Shown in pieces: positions 1-9,106 of a stretch of 64,000 nucleotides of DNA (its first letter is position 1; every line of letters starts with the position of its first letter). The stretch covers positions 224,001 to 288,000 of the forward strand of contig JBCCHT010000002.1 of NCBI GenBank assembly GCA_039028615.1, in the 5' to 3' direction. This DNA is from Myxococcota bacterium. Its GTDB lineage: Bacteria; Myxococcota_A; Polyangia; Nannocystales; Nannocystaceae. A program made the position numbers and the translations under genes. The notes under the pieces were generated by a model that worked only from the letters and a program-made list of their open reading frames with translations, had not been told where the DNA came from and searched no databases.

Positions 1-514
1 CGAGTTCGAACTCGCCGCCGAGGTCGACAAGCCCGCCGTGCCCCTGCCCTTCACCAACCCCCAGTGGGTCACGGGCGACGATCCCATGGCCATTCCCGCG
101 GGAGAGGCCGACGTCACCTACGCCGTCGAGGCCTCCGCTCAGGCGCCGCTGTTGCGCCTACAGCTGCAGAGCATCGGCGTCGGAGCCAGCGATCCCTTCC
201 TCGTTCATCAATCGGCGCTGCACATGCACTACCTCGGCACCTCCGGCCGTCTTTCCGTCGTGCGCGAAGGGGGCGACGACGAGTGCGTGCTGGACATCCC
301 CGCCTGGGACTTCGGCTGGCAGGGTGCCTATCAGCTCATGGAGCCCACGCGGGTCGAACCCGACGACCTGCTGCGCCTTTCGTGCACCTGGGACAACAGC
401 GAAGCCAACCAGCCCATCGTGGACGGCGAGGTCCTGTCACCGCAGGACGTCGAGTGGGGCGAGGGCACCCGCGACGAGATGTGCCTGTCGGTCATCTACG
501 CCACTGGGGTCTGA
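1..514 (+). CDS. Copper type II ascorbate-dependent monooxygenase-like protein, C-terminal part (5' truncated by window)
   Basis: Frame open from nt 2. Motifs HMHYLG, WDFGWQ, CTWDNS and WGEGTRDEMC are typical of the PHM/DBH C-terminal Cu-binding domain. Confidence 0.8.
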   Translation, partial: EFELAAEVDKPAVPLPFTNPQWVTGDDPMAIPAGEADVTYAVEASAQAPLLRLQLQSIGVGASDPFLVHQSALHMHYLGTSGRLSVVREGGDDECVLDIPAWDFGWQGAYQLMEPTRVEPDDLLRLSCTWDNSEANQPIVDGEVLSPQDVEWGEGTRDEMCLSVIYATGV

Positions 515-518
515 TCCC

Positions 519-1109
519 ATGACGCCGCGCTGGATCCCGCTCGTCCTCGGCCTGCTCTTGTCCGCCTGCGACGACTCGATCGTCGAGCTCGAGGACTTCG
601 ACCCGGCCGCCCCCACGTCGGGGGCCGAGATGGACCTCGAAGATTTTGCCGAGCCGCAGCCGCTGGTCGACGTCATGGCCTGGCGAGAAGGCACGGCCGA
701 GCACGACCCTTTGCACCACGAGCGACCGGACGCGATCGATTGCCCGGTAGCGGCGTGGGGCCCGGAGTGGGGCCGACTCGAGATCCAGACCGGCGTCTGC
801 AACTACCTGCACGTGACCCAGCCCAGCCTCACCGCCATCGAGGCGGGCGACTCGGTCGAGCTGGTCGTCTTCCACGACCGGCTCGACGCGGCCGAACCCG
901 CGCAGGGGCATGTCGCGATCCTCGTGGGAGAGCAGGTGCTGTGGGAGCACTGGGTCGACATCCCCACCGAGGCCGCCGTCGTGCACGCGCGCGTCCCCGC
1001 CCCGCAGGCGTGGCCGGTCGGGGCCCCCGTCGGCCTACATCTCCACAACCACGGCTACAACAGCTGGACGCTGGCCGGGCTCGAGGTCCTCCCGGGCGGC
1101 GCCGAGTAG
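519..1109 (+). CDS. Hypothetical lipoprotein
   Basis: ATG at 519, 4 nt after the upstream stop. Signal peptide with lipobox (LLSAC). His-rich C-terminus HLHNHG. Confidence 0.7.
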   Translation: MTPRWIPLVLGLLLSACDDSIVELEDFDPAAPTSGAEMDLEDFAEPQPLVDVMAWREGTAEHDPLHHERPDAIDCPVAAWGPEWGRLEIQTGVCNYLHVTQPSLTAIEAGDSVELVVFHDRLDAAEPAQGHVAILVGEQVLWEHWVDIPTEAAVVHARVPAPQAWPVGAPVGLHLHNHGYNSWTLAGLEVLPGGAE

Positions 1110-1142
1110 GAGGATCCATGCTATCCCCCTTCCATAGCCTCC

Positions 1143-2306
1143 ATGCTCAGCCGCAGCGCGAATCTAGGACTCTTGTGCGTCGTATCGGCGGGGTGCGTCG
1201 GCCTGCCCACGCCTCCTGGTAGCCAGGATTCGACCGGCGACGACTCGTCGAGCACGGGCCTGCCTTCCGCCGTCTCCGGCTCGAGCACCAGCTCGGGTGG
1301 CAACGTCGCCGACGAGACAACGTCGTCCGGCACCACCACCGACGCGGACACCGAAGGCTCGAGCAGCGGCGACGTCGCCGACGACGGCACCTCGTCCAGC
1401 GAGGGCACCACCGGTGGTTCCCCCGTCGAGGTGCCCTTCACCGTGCTCGACCCGACCGCGGTCCCCCTGCCCATCCGCGTCAACCCCGGCTGGTACCTGT
1501 TCGAGAACGAATCCGATTGGGATGCCCACACGGGGGCTCCCGTTCCGCCCGAGGTGGACTTTGATACGCAGTGGCTCCTGTACGGCTCCCGTGGCCCCGA
1601 CGATTTCCCCGGCCAGACCATCGAGGTCACCAGCCTGACCTTCGCCAGCGATGATCTTCGCCTCGAGGGCTCCGACACCACCTACGACAGCGACTGCGAG
1701 CGCTACCGCTTCGTGTGGCCCGTCGACACCCTGCTCGCCTTCGACGCGCTCGAGACCGATGTCCGCGCGACCATCACCGACCTACTCACGGGGGACACGG
1801 CGAACTGCGCGATGGGTGTGAGCGAGGGCATGGACTGCAACGTGGACATGCCCTGCGCGCCCGGTCTGCTCTGTGCGGGTCTCATCCGCAGCGTCGCGCT
1901 CGGCAACGGCCGCAACGATGGCATTTGCCTGCCGGAATCCAATGCGGGCGTCTTTTACGGCGAAGCCGAACCGATCCCCAGCGACGGGGACCTCCTCCAG
2001 GCGCCGCTGTCGGTCAGCGGACTCGCCACCGTGGACATGGACGTCGCGATCTGGGTCGAGGTCGATCACCCGGCCCCCCAGGAACTCATCATTCAGCTGC
2101 GCAACCCCGACGGCAACCAGGTCCCGGTGACCAACCTCGATTTTGCCCCCTTCCACCCCGGCGGGGTCGGCATCGTGCCCACCGGTTTCTCCGGCGACGA
2201 GTCCGTCAACGGCACGTGGACCCTCGTGGTGCAGGACACGGCATCGAACGCCAACAACGGGACGATCATGTCGTGGGAGCTCGAGATCATGAGCCGCCTC
2301 GACTGA
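1143..2306 (+). CDS. Lipoprotein with Ser/Thr/Gly linker and C-terminal proprotein-convertase P-domain
   Basis: Lipobox SAGC and low-complexity linker. C-terminal HPAPQELIIQLRNPDG...FSGDESVNGTWTLVVQD...GTIMSWELEI fits a P-domain. Confidence 0.75.
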   Translation: MLSRSANLGLLCVVSAGCVGLPTPPGSQDSTGDDSSSTGLPSAVSGSSTSSGGNVADETTSSGTTTDADTEGSSSGDVADDGTSSSEGTTGGSPVEVPFTVLDPTAVPLPIRVNPGWYLFENESDWDAHTGAPVPPEVDFDTQWLLYGSRGPDDFPGQTIEVTSLTFASDDLRLEGSDTTYDSDCERYRFVWPVDTLLAFDALETDVRATITDLLTGDTANCAMGVSEGMDCNVDMPCAPGLLCAGLIRSVALGNGRNDGICLPESNAGVFYGEAEPIPSDGDLLQAPLSVSGLATVDMDVAIWVEVDHPAPQELIIQLRNPDGNQVPVTNLDFAPFHPGGVGIVPTGFSGDESVNGTWTLVVQDTASNANNGTIMSWELEIMSRLD

Positions 2307-2333
2307 GCCGTCGTCAGGCGCCGGGCCGGGGTC
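2281..2333. repeat. 53-bp direct repeat, copy 1
   Basis: tcgagatcatgagccgcctcgactgagccgtcgtcaggcgccgggccggggtc, identical to 4002-4054. Confidence 0.95.
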
Positions 2334-3734
2334 TCAGCCGGGCTGGCGAACCGCCGCCGCGCAACGAAACCCCAAATCACCATCTCCATCGTCGCCTGCC
2401 CGCCGCTCGTCGCGACGGAGCGCCCGCATTGTGTGCGGCGTCGACTCGCGCCAGTTCCCCCCAACCACCGCACGCTTGCGCTTGCTCTGTTCGGAGACAG
2501 TCGCCGTCCACTCGGATACGTTGCCGGCCAAGCCGAGAATGCCATCACGAGACGCACCGCGTGAATGCTCAGCCGCCACGCACGTTCCCAACTTTCCTTG
2601 TAGTCGATCCCAACACGCAAGATCACGAGCTGGTGGAAGACTTCCCCACGGGAACCCACGTTGTTCCTCTCGGCCACTAGCCACCCACCTCCATTCCTCG
2701 ACTGTAGGCAGCCTTTTTCCCGCCCACTCGCAGTATCGAGTCGCATCGAACCAGTCCACGTCATTGACAGGATGTTGCTGCTTCTCAACATCGCGCCATG
2801 TGCCGTAACGAGATCTAGAGGGAGTCTCGCAGGCACCAACCTCCACACATTTTCGATAGTCGGCGACGGTGACCTCTGTGATATCGAGACAGAAGTCGAG
2901 AGAGGGACTGCCCTCGCCTCCCCGGCTGATGTACCGCATACGGTACGGGCACATGGATCGACGCTCGGACGCGGGTCTAATCGGCTGCAACGTCAACCGA
3001 ATTGGAGTCTGGCACTCGTCAACCGGAGTATCCCTCCATGTTCGAGAGCAACTTCTAGGATCGCCCCGTTGTGTCAGCTTCTCGCTCTCAACCGAAGCGG
3101 ACGCCCCCGCACCCGCTCTGGCACCAGCACCACCGACTTGCGCTCCAGCTCCGCCTCCGCGCGCATGCTGCCCGGAAATCATGTAAGCCCCAACGTCGAT
3201 GGCCTGCACGGTATGAGTCGCCCCCTCGCACCGTGATCCAGAGAAATCATCGGCGTAGAACTCGACGGTCGTGGTCTCCCAAGTACCACCGAGAGCCCGA
3301 GTGACCTGTAGTTTCTTGAAGTGGTCGAAATGTGTCTCGAGATTGACCCCACCAAGCTGAAACTGAATCATTGCCTCGGCCGCTGACCTTAGTTCAACGA
3401 CTTGCGGGTCGGTCATTGCGGCGTTCTGGAAGCGGTAGTCACCGGATGCAGCGGTGCACCCTGGCAACAGCTCCAAACTGCAGTTTTCGAGGCGAACGGC
3501 CAGCGGGCGGCTACGACTGACGGCGCGCTGGAGGTCGTTGAGTTTGAGTTCGTCCCAACCAACGACGTAAGGTCGGCGAAGCGAGCTCACGTACTTGCAG
3601 GCATCCTCGCGATCCCCGCCAAACAGCTCAACGAGGCTATCTCCGGGTTTATCGGTCTTGGCGTCCTTCCGGCAGCCCTGCATTGACAGGGCGACGCAGA
3701 ACAGTCCTATTGGAGTGACAAACCGGTGGACCAT
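2334..3734 (-). CDS. FGE-sulfatase (SUMF1/formylglycine-generating enzyme fold) domain lipoprotein
   Basis: Lipobox MQGC. C-terminal motifs FCLDITEVT, HPVNDVDW, KRLPTVEEW, FPWG, LAGNVSEW, GGNW, LGFRCA. Confidence 0.85.
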   Translation of the reverse strand: MVHRFVTPIGLFCVALSMQGCRKDAKTDKPGDSLVELFGGDREDACKYVSSLRRPYVVGWDELKLNDLQRAVSRSRPLAVRLENCSLELLPGCTAASGDYRFQNAAMTDPQVVELRSAAEAMIQFQLGGVNLETHFDHFKKLQVTRALGGTWETTTVEFYADDFSGSRCEGATHTVQAIDVGAYMISGQHARGGGAGAQVGGAGARAGAGASASVESEKLTQRGDPRSCSRTWRDTPVDECQTPIRLTLQPIRPASERRSMCPYRMRYISRGGEGSPSLDFCLDITEVTVADYRKCVEVGACETPSRSRYGTWRDVEKQQHPVNDVDWFDATRYCEWAGKRLPTVEEWRWVASGREEQRGFPWGSLPPARDLACWDRLQGKLGTCVAAEHSRGASRDGILGLAGNVSEWTATVSEQSKRKRAVVGGNWRESTPHTMRALRRDERRAGDDGDGDLGFRCAAAVRQPG

Positions 3735-4001
3735 ATGGGACTCAGAATTACCGGTACAAGGGCTCGACGGCTATGGACCAAACGGGCCGTCCCAAGGCCC
3801 TTCTTCTACCTGAACCGAGCACTTGATCGTCACGACGTTGACTGTCGGAACGTTCAGCCTCGCGAATACGCTCATTGATGACCGGATAGACGGCGCCCTC
3901 TCGACGAAACCACCGCCATCGCGCACCTCACCTGATTGGCAGCGTTGGTGGTCACACTCCGGTTCGCTCGTGATCCCGAAGCAGTCGCGAGGTGGTTGTA
4001 G
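2334..4001. mobile_element. Inserted segment bounded by a 53-bp duplication (no integrase or transposase)
   Basis: Exact flanking direct repeat. Visibly more A/T-rich codon usage than the neighbouring genes. Confidence 0.6.
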
Positions 4002-4054
4002 TCGAGATCATGAGCCGCCTCGACTGAGCCGTCGTCAGGCGCCGGGCCGGGGTC
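4002..4054. repeat. 53-bp direct repeat, copy 2
   Basis: Identical to 2281-2333. Confidence 0.95.
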
Positions 4055-5219
4055 CCGGCTCGGACAGCGCCGCCAAGATCATCCCCAGCGTGCTCCAGTC
4101 GGTCAGCTCGCGGTCGAGCAGCTCGCCCAAGGTGTAGACCTCGACGCTCGTTCGCTCTTCGCCGTCGCCGTGCACCACCCCGGCTTCGGTCCGGAAACGC
4201 TCCATTTCTTCGGCCGTCAGCTCGACGGCGAACGCGTGGGCGCGGTGGGCCGACACCGTGGCACCGACCTGTCGTGCGCCCAGCGGTCGTAGGCGATGGG
4301 GCTCGATCCGCAGGCCGGTCTCCTCGAACACCTCCTCGGCCGCGACCGCGACCGCATCCCCCGCAAAGTCGGGCGCCGAGCCTCCGGGGTTTTCTCGCAC
4401 GTAGCCGTCCGTCGTCGCGGCCGGGCTCCGAAACTCGCGGACCAATGCGATCGTCGATCGACGAAGGTCCCCGGGGTCCTTGTGGACCAAGACGGCGGCC
4501 GAGACATCGGGGCGGCTCAGTACGATCTCGTTGGACTTGCGGCGGCCCTCGGCGGCGACCCAGACCGAGACGTGCAGCGCCCAGAAGAACACGACCTGGC
4601 CATCTCGCACCCGAAACGCCCACTGCGCCCGAGCGGCTTCCAGCGTGTTGCCGGCCCCGCGCAGCGCCGAGTACCACGCCTGAAACGACGGGGTTCGCCA
4701 CACGTGCAGCGGGACCTGGCACTCACCGTCGTGTCGCTCGGCGCCCGGATCGACCATGGCGATGACCCGGGAGACGGTGTCGGCGAGTGCCTCGGAGTGT
4801 TCGACTCCGCAGCGATCGGCCAGCCCTCGCAGGTAACGAAGCTTGGGCGCATCGGCAGGTGCTCCGAGTACCACCTTGCCCGAGTGGGCGTAGTGCCCAA
4901 ACTCCACGTTGGTGGTGAACGCGGGCATCGTCTCCAGATCGCGCGGGACCCAGAACAGGATGCAATCGGCCCGCGCGAGCGCCTGGAGCTCCCAGTCGAT
5001 CTGCTCGTCGTACGAGCCGACGAACACGCCGTCGCGCGGCTCGGGCACGAACACGACCCCGGCAAAGCCCTGCGCCTCGAGCAGCTCGAGGCACTGCGGA
5101 CGCCACGACGGTACATCCAGCGACCGTGGCGTGGGGCCGGCGAGAAAAACCGACGCGGTCACGGCCCGAGGCATGGCCTCCTTGGCGTAGACCACGGTCA
5201 TCGCCTCGGCGGTCACCAC
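4035..5219 (-). CDS. Nucleoside 2-deoxyribosyltransferase-like domain fused to a NUDIX hydrolase
   Basis: N-terminal VFLAGPTP...QIDWE...ADCILFWVPR...TTNVEFG. C-terminal Nudix box GGS...AAEEVFEETG. Start could be ATG at 5201. Confidence 0.8.
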   Translation of the reverse strand: MVTAEAMTVVYAKEAMPRAVTASVFLAGPTPRSLDVPSWRPQCLELLEAQGFAGVVFVPEPRDGVFVGSYDEQIDWELQALARADCILFWVPRDLETMPAFTTNVEFGHYAHSGKVVLGAPADAPKLRYLRGLADRCGVEHSEALADTVSRVIAMVDPGAERHDGECQVPLHVWRTPSFQAWYSALRGAGNTLEAARAQWAFRVRDGQVVFFWALHVSVWVAAEGRRKSNEIVLSRPDVSAAVLVHKDPGDLRRSTIALVREFRSPAATTDGYVRENPGGSAPDFAGDAVAVAAEEVFEETGLRIEPHRLRPLGARQVGATVSAHRAHAFAVELTAEEMERFRTEAGVVHGDGEERTSVEVYTLGELLDRELTDWSTLGMILAALSEPGPRPGA

Positions 5220-5767
5220 TCGGGTTCGCTCTCGATGCCGAGCCCGTCGGCGAGGCGGTTGTAGTAGTTGAACAGCGCGGCGACCTGCACGATCTGGGAA
5301 ATCGCGGGGTCGTCGAAGCCCGCGTCGCGCAGGCGTTGAACGTCCTGCTGCGTCATCGACTGCGGGTGCGTGGTGAGCTTGACGGCGTAGTCCAGCATCG
5401 CCCGCTCGGCGGCGGTGATCGGTGCATCACGGTGGTCCTTCAGCACCGCGTCGACCAACGCATCGGCATCGTCTCGATCTTGGACCTCAGCCCGGAGGTC
5501 CTCGGCGTGCGCCCGCGCTCAATAGCCGCAGGCGTTGGTGCGCGAGACGGTGACCGCGATCATCTCGCGCTGCGCCCGGGTCAGCGGCTCGTCGGGCGAT
5601 TTCATGATGCGCGTGTACAGCCGGGTCGACACGTCGAGCACCTTAGGCTGCAGGCTCTGGATCGAGATGATGTTGAAGACCTTGCCCGCCCGGGTGATCG
5701 AGACGTCGAAAATCTTGCGAAGGCGACCGGTAGCATCCTTGGGTGAGATCAGTTCGATCCAGGGCAT
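5213..5767 (-). CDS. AhpD/carboxymuconolactone-decarboxylase-like peroxidase, predicted selenoprotein (CxxU, 184 aa)
   Basis: ORFs 5519-5767 and 5213-5458 are in the same frame, separated only by TGA at 5519-5521. Read-through gives REMIAVTVSRTNAC-G-Y-U-ARAH, the AhpD CxxCxxxH motif. Confidence 0.85.
5482..5501 (-). promoter_or_regulatory. Bacterial SECIS-like hairpin
   Basis: mRNA GGACCUC-CGGGCU-GAGGUCC: perfect 7-bp stem starting 17 nt after the UGA, with G in the second loop position. Confidence 0.65.
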
Positions 5768-5784
5768 CGAGCCATTGTAGTCGG

Positions 5785-6747
5785 TCAGCGCACGGTGTCG
5801 ATCACGGTGCGCTGCGTGGCGGTGCCCGAGCCCGGCGGCGACACCGACTCGCCGACCTCCCCCGTACCGACCCAGCGCGAGACCTCGGGCGGACCGATGC
5901 GGGCGGCGTCGGGGAACGCCTCGAGCAGCGCATCGCGGAGCGCCAAGGCATCGGGGAATCGCTCGGCGGGGCGAGCGGCGAAGCAGCGGGTCAACACGGG
6001 GACGAGCGACCCCGGCACGGCGGACAGGTCGGGCGGGGCGGCCTCGCGGATGTTCTCGAGCACGTCGGCGGGGCCACGACCATCAAAAGGACGCACCCCG
6101 GTGAGCAGCTCGACCAGCATCACGCCGACGCCGAACTGATCGCTGCGCGCATCGAGGGGCTCCCCCGCGACCTGCTCGGGCGACATATAGGCGTACTTGC
6201 CCCGCCGAATGTTCACCGCCGTGTCCCCGGCCAAGAAGGTGGCCTTGACGATGCCGTAGTCGGCCACGCGCACCTCTCCGCTCCGAGACACCAGCACGTT
6301 GGAGGGGCTCACGTCGCGATGCACCAGGCCCAAGGGGCGGCCGTCGTCGTCGCCCAGCTCGTGCAGGTGCTGAAGCCCGAGCAAGCACTCGACCACTACG
6401 TGGATGGCCAGCGCGGGCATCGGCGCATGGCGACGTCGCAAGGTGCCGAGGTCGGCCCCGTCGACGTAGTCCATCACCACGTAGTAGGTGCCCTCCGACA
6501 GGCCCAGCCCCTGCACCGAGACGAGGTTGCGATGGTGGATGCGGGCCCCGACCCTCGCCTCCGCGATGAGCATGCGCTCGAGCTCTCCCTCGCCGCGAAA
6601 GCCGGGCAAGGGCCGCTTGATGGCGACCAAGCGCGAGAACCCGCTGGCCCCCAACGAGCGAGCCAAGAACACCTCGGCCATGCCGCCCCGGCCCAGCCGA
6701 CGCAGAACCGGATGAGGACCAATGGAGTCGGGAAGCGCTTCGGACAT
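5785..6747 (-). CDS. Hanks-type Ser/Thr protein kinase
   Basis: GRGGMAEV, VAIK, HRDVSPSN, DYG, GKYAYMSPE, SDQF motifs. Confidence 0.95.
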   Translation of the reverse strand: MSEALPDSIGPHPVLRRLGRGGMAEVFLARSLGASGFSRLVAIKRPLPGFRGEGELERMLIAEARVGARIHHRNLVSVQGLGLSEGTYYVVMDYVDGADLGTLRRRHAPMPALAIHVVVECLLGLQHLHELGDDDGRPLGLVHRDVSPSNVLVSRSGEVRVADYGIVKATFLAGDTAVNIRRGKYAYMSPEQVAGEPLDARSDQFGVGVMLVELLTGVRPFDGRGPADVLENIREAAPPDLSAVPGSLVPVLTRCFAARPAERFPDALALRDALLEAFPDAARIGPPEVSRWVGTGEVGESVSPPGSGTATQRTVIDTVR

Positions 6748-6811
6748 TGGTCCTGCCGATCACGATAGCAGATGGTCCGACCCCGTCACGGGCGGGTGCT
6801 AGGCTTGAAGC

Positions 6812-8143
6812 GTGTCCACCGTCGCCACGGTCTACGGTGAAGCGCACGACTCCGGTCGGCGGCGCGTGGAGCTGGTCATCGTGCGCGGGCGCGACGAAGG
6901 CCGGGCCATCGCCCTGCACGAAGGTCGCGTGCACCGGGTGGGCACCGCCTCCGACTGCGACCTGGTGATCACCGACGAACGCGTCTCCGGCCATCACCTC
7001 GAGGTCACGCCGCAGGGCTCGGACTTCAGCGTGGTCGATGCGGGCAGCACCAACGGCACCTTTTACCAGGGCTCGCGCATCGACCGAGCCACGCTGCCCC
7101 TGGGCGCGAGCATCAAGGTGGGGCGCAGCGTGCTGCGACTGCAGCCCCGCCCCGAGGCGCTCGAGCTGCCTCCCAGCCGCGCCCATCGCTTCGGCGACCT
7201 CGTCGGCCATAGCCTCGCCATGCGCCAGGTCTTCGCCGTGCTCGAGCACGCGGCCTGCTCCGAGGTCACGGTGCTGCTCGAGGGCGAGACGGGCACGGGC
7301 AAGGAGCTCGCCGCACGAGCACTGCACGAGACCAGCGAGCGCCGTAAGGGGCCCTTCGTAGCCGTGGACTGCGGGGCCCTGCCCGAGTCCCTGGTCGACT
7401 CCGAACTCTTCGGCCATGTGCGCGGGGCCTTCACGGGAGCCACCAGCGATCGCAAAGGGGCGTTCGCCCGGGCCCGCGGCGGCACCTTGTTCCTCGATGA
7501 ACTCGATGGGGTGCCGGCCGCCGTTCAGGCCCGCCTGCTGCGAGCCCTCGAGGAACGATCGGTTCGCCCCGTGGGCTCCGATCGCGAGCACCCGCTCGAC
7601 ATCCGCCTGGTGGTCGCGACCCAGGCCCCCCTGCCCGCGCTGGTGGCCGAGGGCCGCTTCCGGGCCGACCTGTTCTACCGCATCGCCGTGCTGCACCTGC
7701 GCCTGCCCCCGCTGCGAGAGCGGCGGGAAGACATCGCCGGGATCGTGGCCGAGCTGCTGTCGCAGCGTGGCCTGCCCTCGCATGCCCCCGAGGGCCCGGG
7801 GCTGCAGCGCCTGATGGCCCACGACTGGCCCGGCAACGTCCGAGAGCTGCGCAACGTCATCGATCGCGCGGTGGCCTTGTCGCCCGGCGCCGAACGTTTC
7901 GAGCAGCTCCGCGTGTGGCTGACCCCGCGCGAGCACGAGCTGGCCCCGCTCACCGTGCGCACCGACCTGCCCTTCGCCGAAGCCAAGACCCTGGTGGTCA
8001 TCGAGCTCGAGCGCCGCTACCTGAGCGAGCTGTGGGCTGATGCGGGCGGCAACCTCTCGGCCGCCGCCCGCCGAGCCGGGCTCGATCGCAAGCACCTACG
8101 CACCCTGCTTCGCCGCCACGGCTTGATCCCCGGTGACCCGTAG
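6812..8143 (+). CDS. FHA-domain sigma-54 enhancer-binding protein (FHA-AAA+-HTH)
   Basis: FHA (VGT...VSGHH...STNGT), Walker A GETGTGKE, GAFTGA, FLDE, WPGNVREL, C-terminal HTH (GGNLSAAAR). Confidence 0.95.
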   Translation: MSTVATVYGEAHDSGRRRVELVIVRGRDEGRAIALHEGRVHRVGTASDCDLVITDERVSGHHLEVTPQGSDFSVVDAGSTNGTFYQGSRIDRATLPLGASIKVGRSVLRLQPRPEALELPPSRAHRFGDLVGHSLAMRQVFAVLEHAACSEVTVLLEGETGTGKELAARALHETSERRKGPFVAVDCGALPESLVDSELFGHVRGAFTGATSDRKGAFARARGGTLFLDELDGVPAAVQARLLRALEERSVRPVGSDREHPLDIRLVVATQAPLPALVAEGRFRADLFYRIAVLHLRLPPLRERREDIAGIVAELLSQRGLPSHAPEGPGLQRLMAHDWPGNVRELRNVIDRAVALSPGAERFEQLRVWLTPREHELAPLTVRTDLPFAEAKTLVVIELERRYLSELWADAGGNLSAAARRAGLDRKHLRTLLRRHGLIPGDP

Positions 8144-8872
8144 GACCACCGCGGTCATGTTGTCGGTCCCGCCCGCTTCATAGGCGGCCGACACCAGCTG
8201 ATGCGTGGCCTCGGCCGCGTGATCACAGCTGAGCGCCTCCACGAGCTGCTGCGAGCGCAGCGGCTCCCAGACGCCGTCCGAGCACAGCAGCAGGACATCG
8301 CCCGCCCGCAGCTCATCGGTCACGACATCGGCCTCGAGCGGACCCGGCATGCCCACCGCACGGGTCAGCACGTGACGGTAGCCCGCCATGGCCGCGGACT
8401 CCTCGGGCAGGCCGGCGCGGCGAGCCTCCTCCACGAAGGAGTGGTCCCGGGTCAAGCGCTGGAGCTGGCCGTCACGGAGCCGATACACCCGACTGTCGCC
8501 GACGTGACCGACCGCGATCCGGGTGCCGTCCCATGCCACCACCACCGCGGTGGAGCCCATCCGAGACAGCCGTCCCTCGCGCTGAGCCAGCACGCACACG
8601 TGGGCATGCCGAAGGCCCACCGAGACCTGATCGGCCAAGGGATCGCAGGTGGGTCGCGCCGCGAAGGGCCAGGTCGCCTCGGAGTCTTGCTGCCCCCGCG
8701 CGAACAGCTCGACCAGGCGCTCGACTACGATGCGGCTCGCCACTTCGCCACCTTCATAACCGCCCATGCCATCGGCCACGACGATCAATCCGAGGTCGGG
8801 TCGGAGGGCATGCGCGTCTTCGTTGTTGCGACGACGACCCACATGTGAAAACGCGCTGCAATGGAGTTCCAT
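8096..8872 (-). CDS. PP2C-family Ser/Thr phosphatase
   Basis: RRNNEDA, VADGMGG, MGST, HVGDSR, TRDHS, CSDG, GGTDN motifs. Confidence 0.95.
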   Translation of the reverse strand: MELHCSAFSHVGRRRNNEDAHALRPDLGLIVVADGMGGYEGGEVASRIVVERLVELFARGQQDSEATWPFAARPTCDPLADQVSVGLRHAHVCVLAQREGRLSRMGSTAVVVAWDGTRIAVGHVGDSRVYRLRDGQLQRLTRDHSFVEEARRAGLPEESAAMAGYRHVLTRAVGMPGPLEADVVTDELRAGDVLLLCSDGVWEPLRSQQLVEALSCDHAAEATHQLVSAAYEAGGTDNMTAVVLRVTGDQAVAAKQGA

Positions 8873-8884
8873 GCTCGCTTTCGA

Positions 8885-8900
8885 AGCGAGCATCGTGCCG
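8885..8900 (-). promoter_or_regulatory. Candidate sigma-54 (-24/-12) promoter of the PP2C gene
   Basis: Minus strand CGGCACG-ATGC-TCGCT, a GG-N10-GC match close to consensus TGGCACG-N4-TTGC. Confidence 0.45.
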
Positions 8901-9106
8901 TCGCCAAGGCCCCGGAATCACGAGATCGGGTGGGGTTTGCGCTCCTCGGTCGGCCTGTTGTTGGAGCCAAACCCGGGGTCCGCAGCCCCACCCCAAACCG
9001 CGCTCTAGTGCCCGAATACGGTCGAATTCAGCCAGGTCATTTTCGATCGAACCGATGTCTCACGCTGGTGAGACAGCCCCCCCGTAGGCTGATTTCGTAC
9101 CAAGTC

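Noticed and set aside
2334..3734. Diversity-generating retroelement target (FGE fold)
   Set aside because: No template repeat with adenine-specific mismatches and no RT; the flanking repeat is exact and lies outside the gene.
3735..4001. Small gene or integrase remnant within the insert
   Set aside because: The frames I translated gave no recognisable motif or convincing start.
5213..5767. Two separate small genes or a pseudogene
   Set aside because: The stop sits exactly at the catalytic Cys position with a SECIS-like hairpin, so Sec read-through is the simpler explanation.
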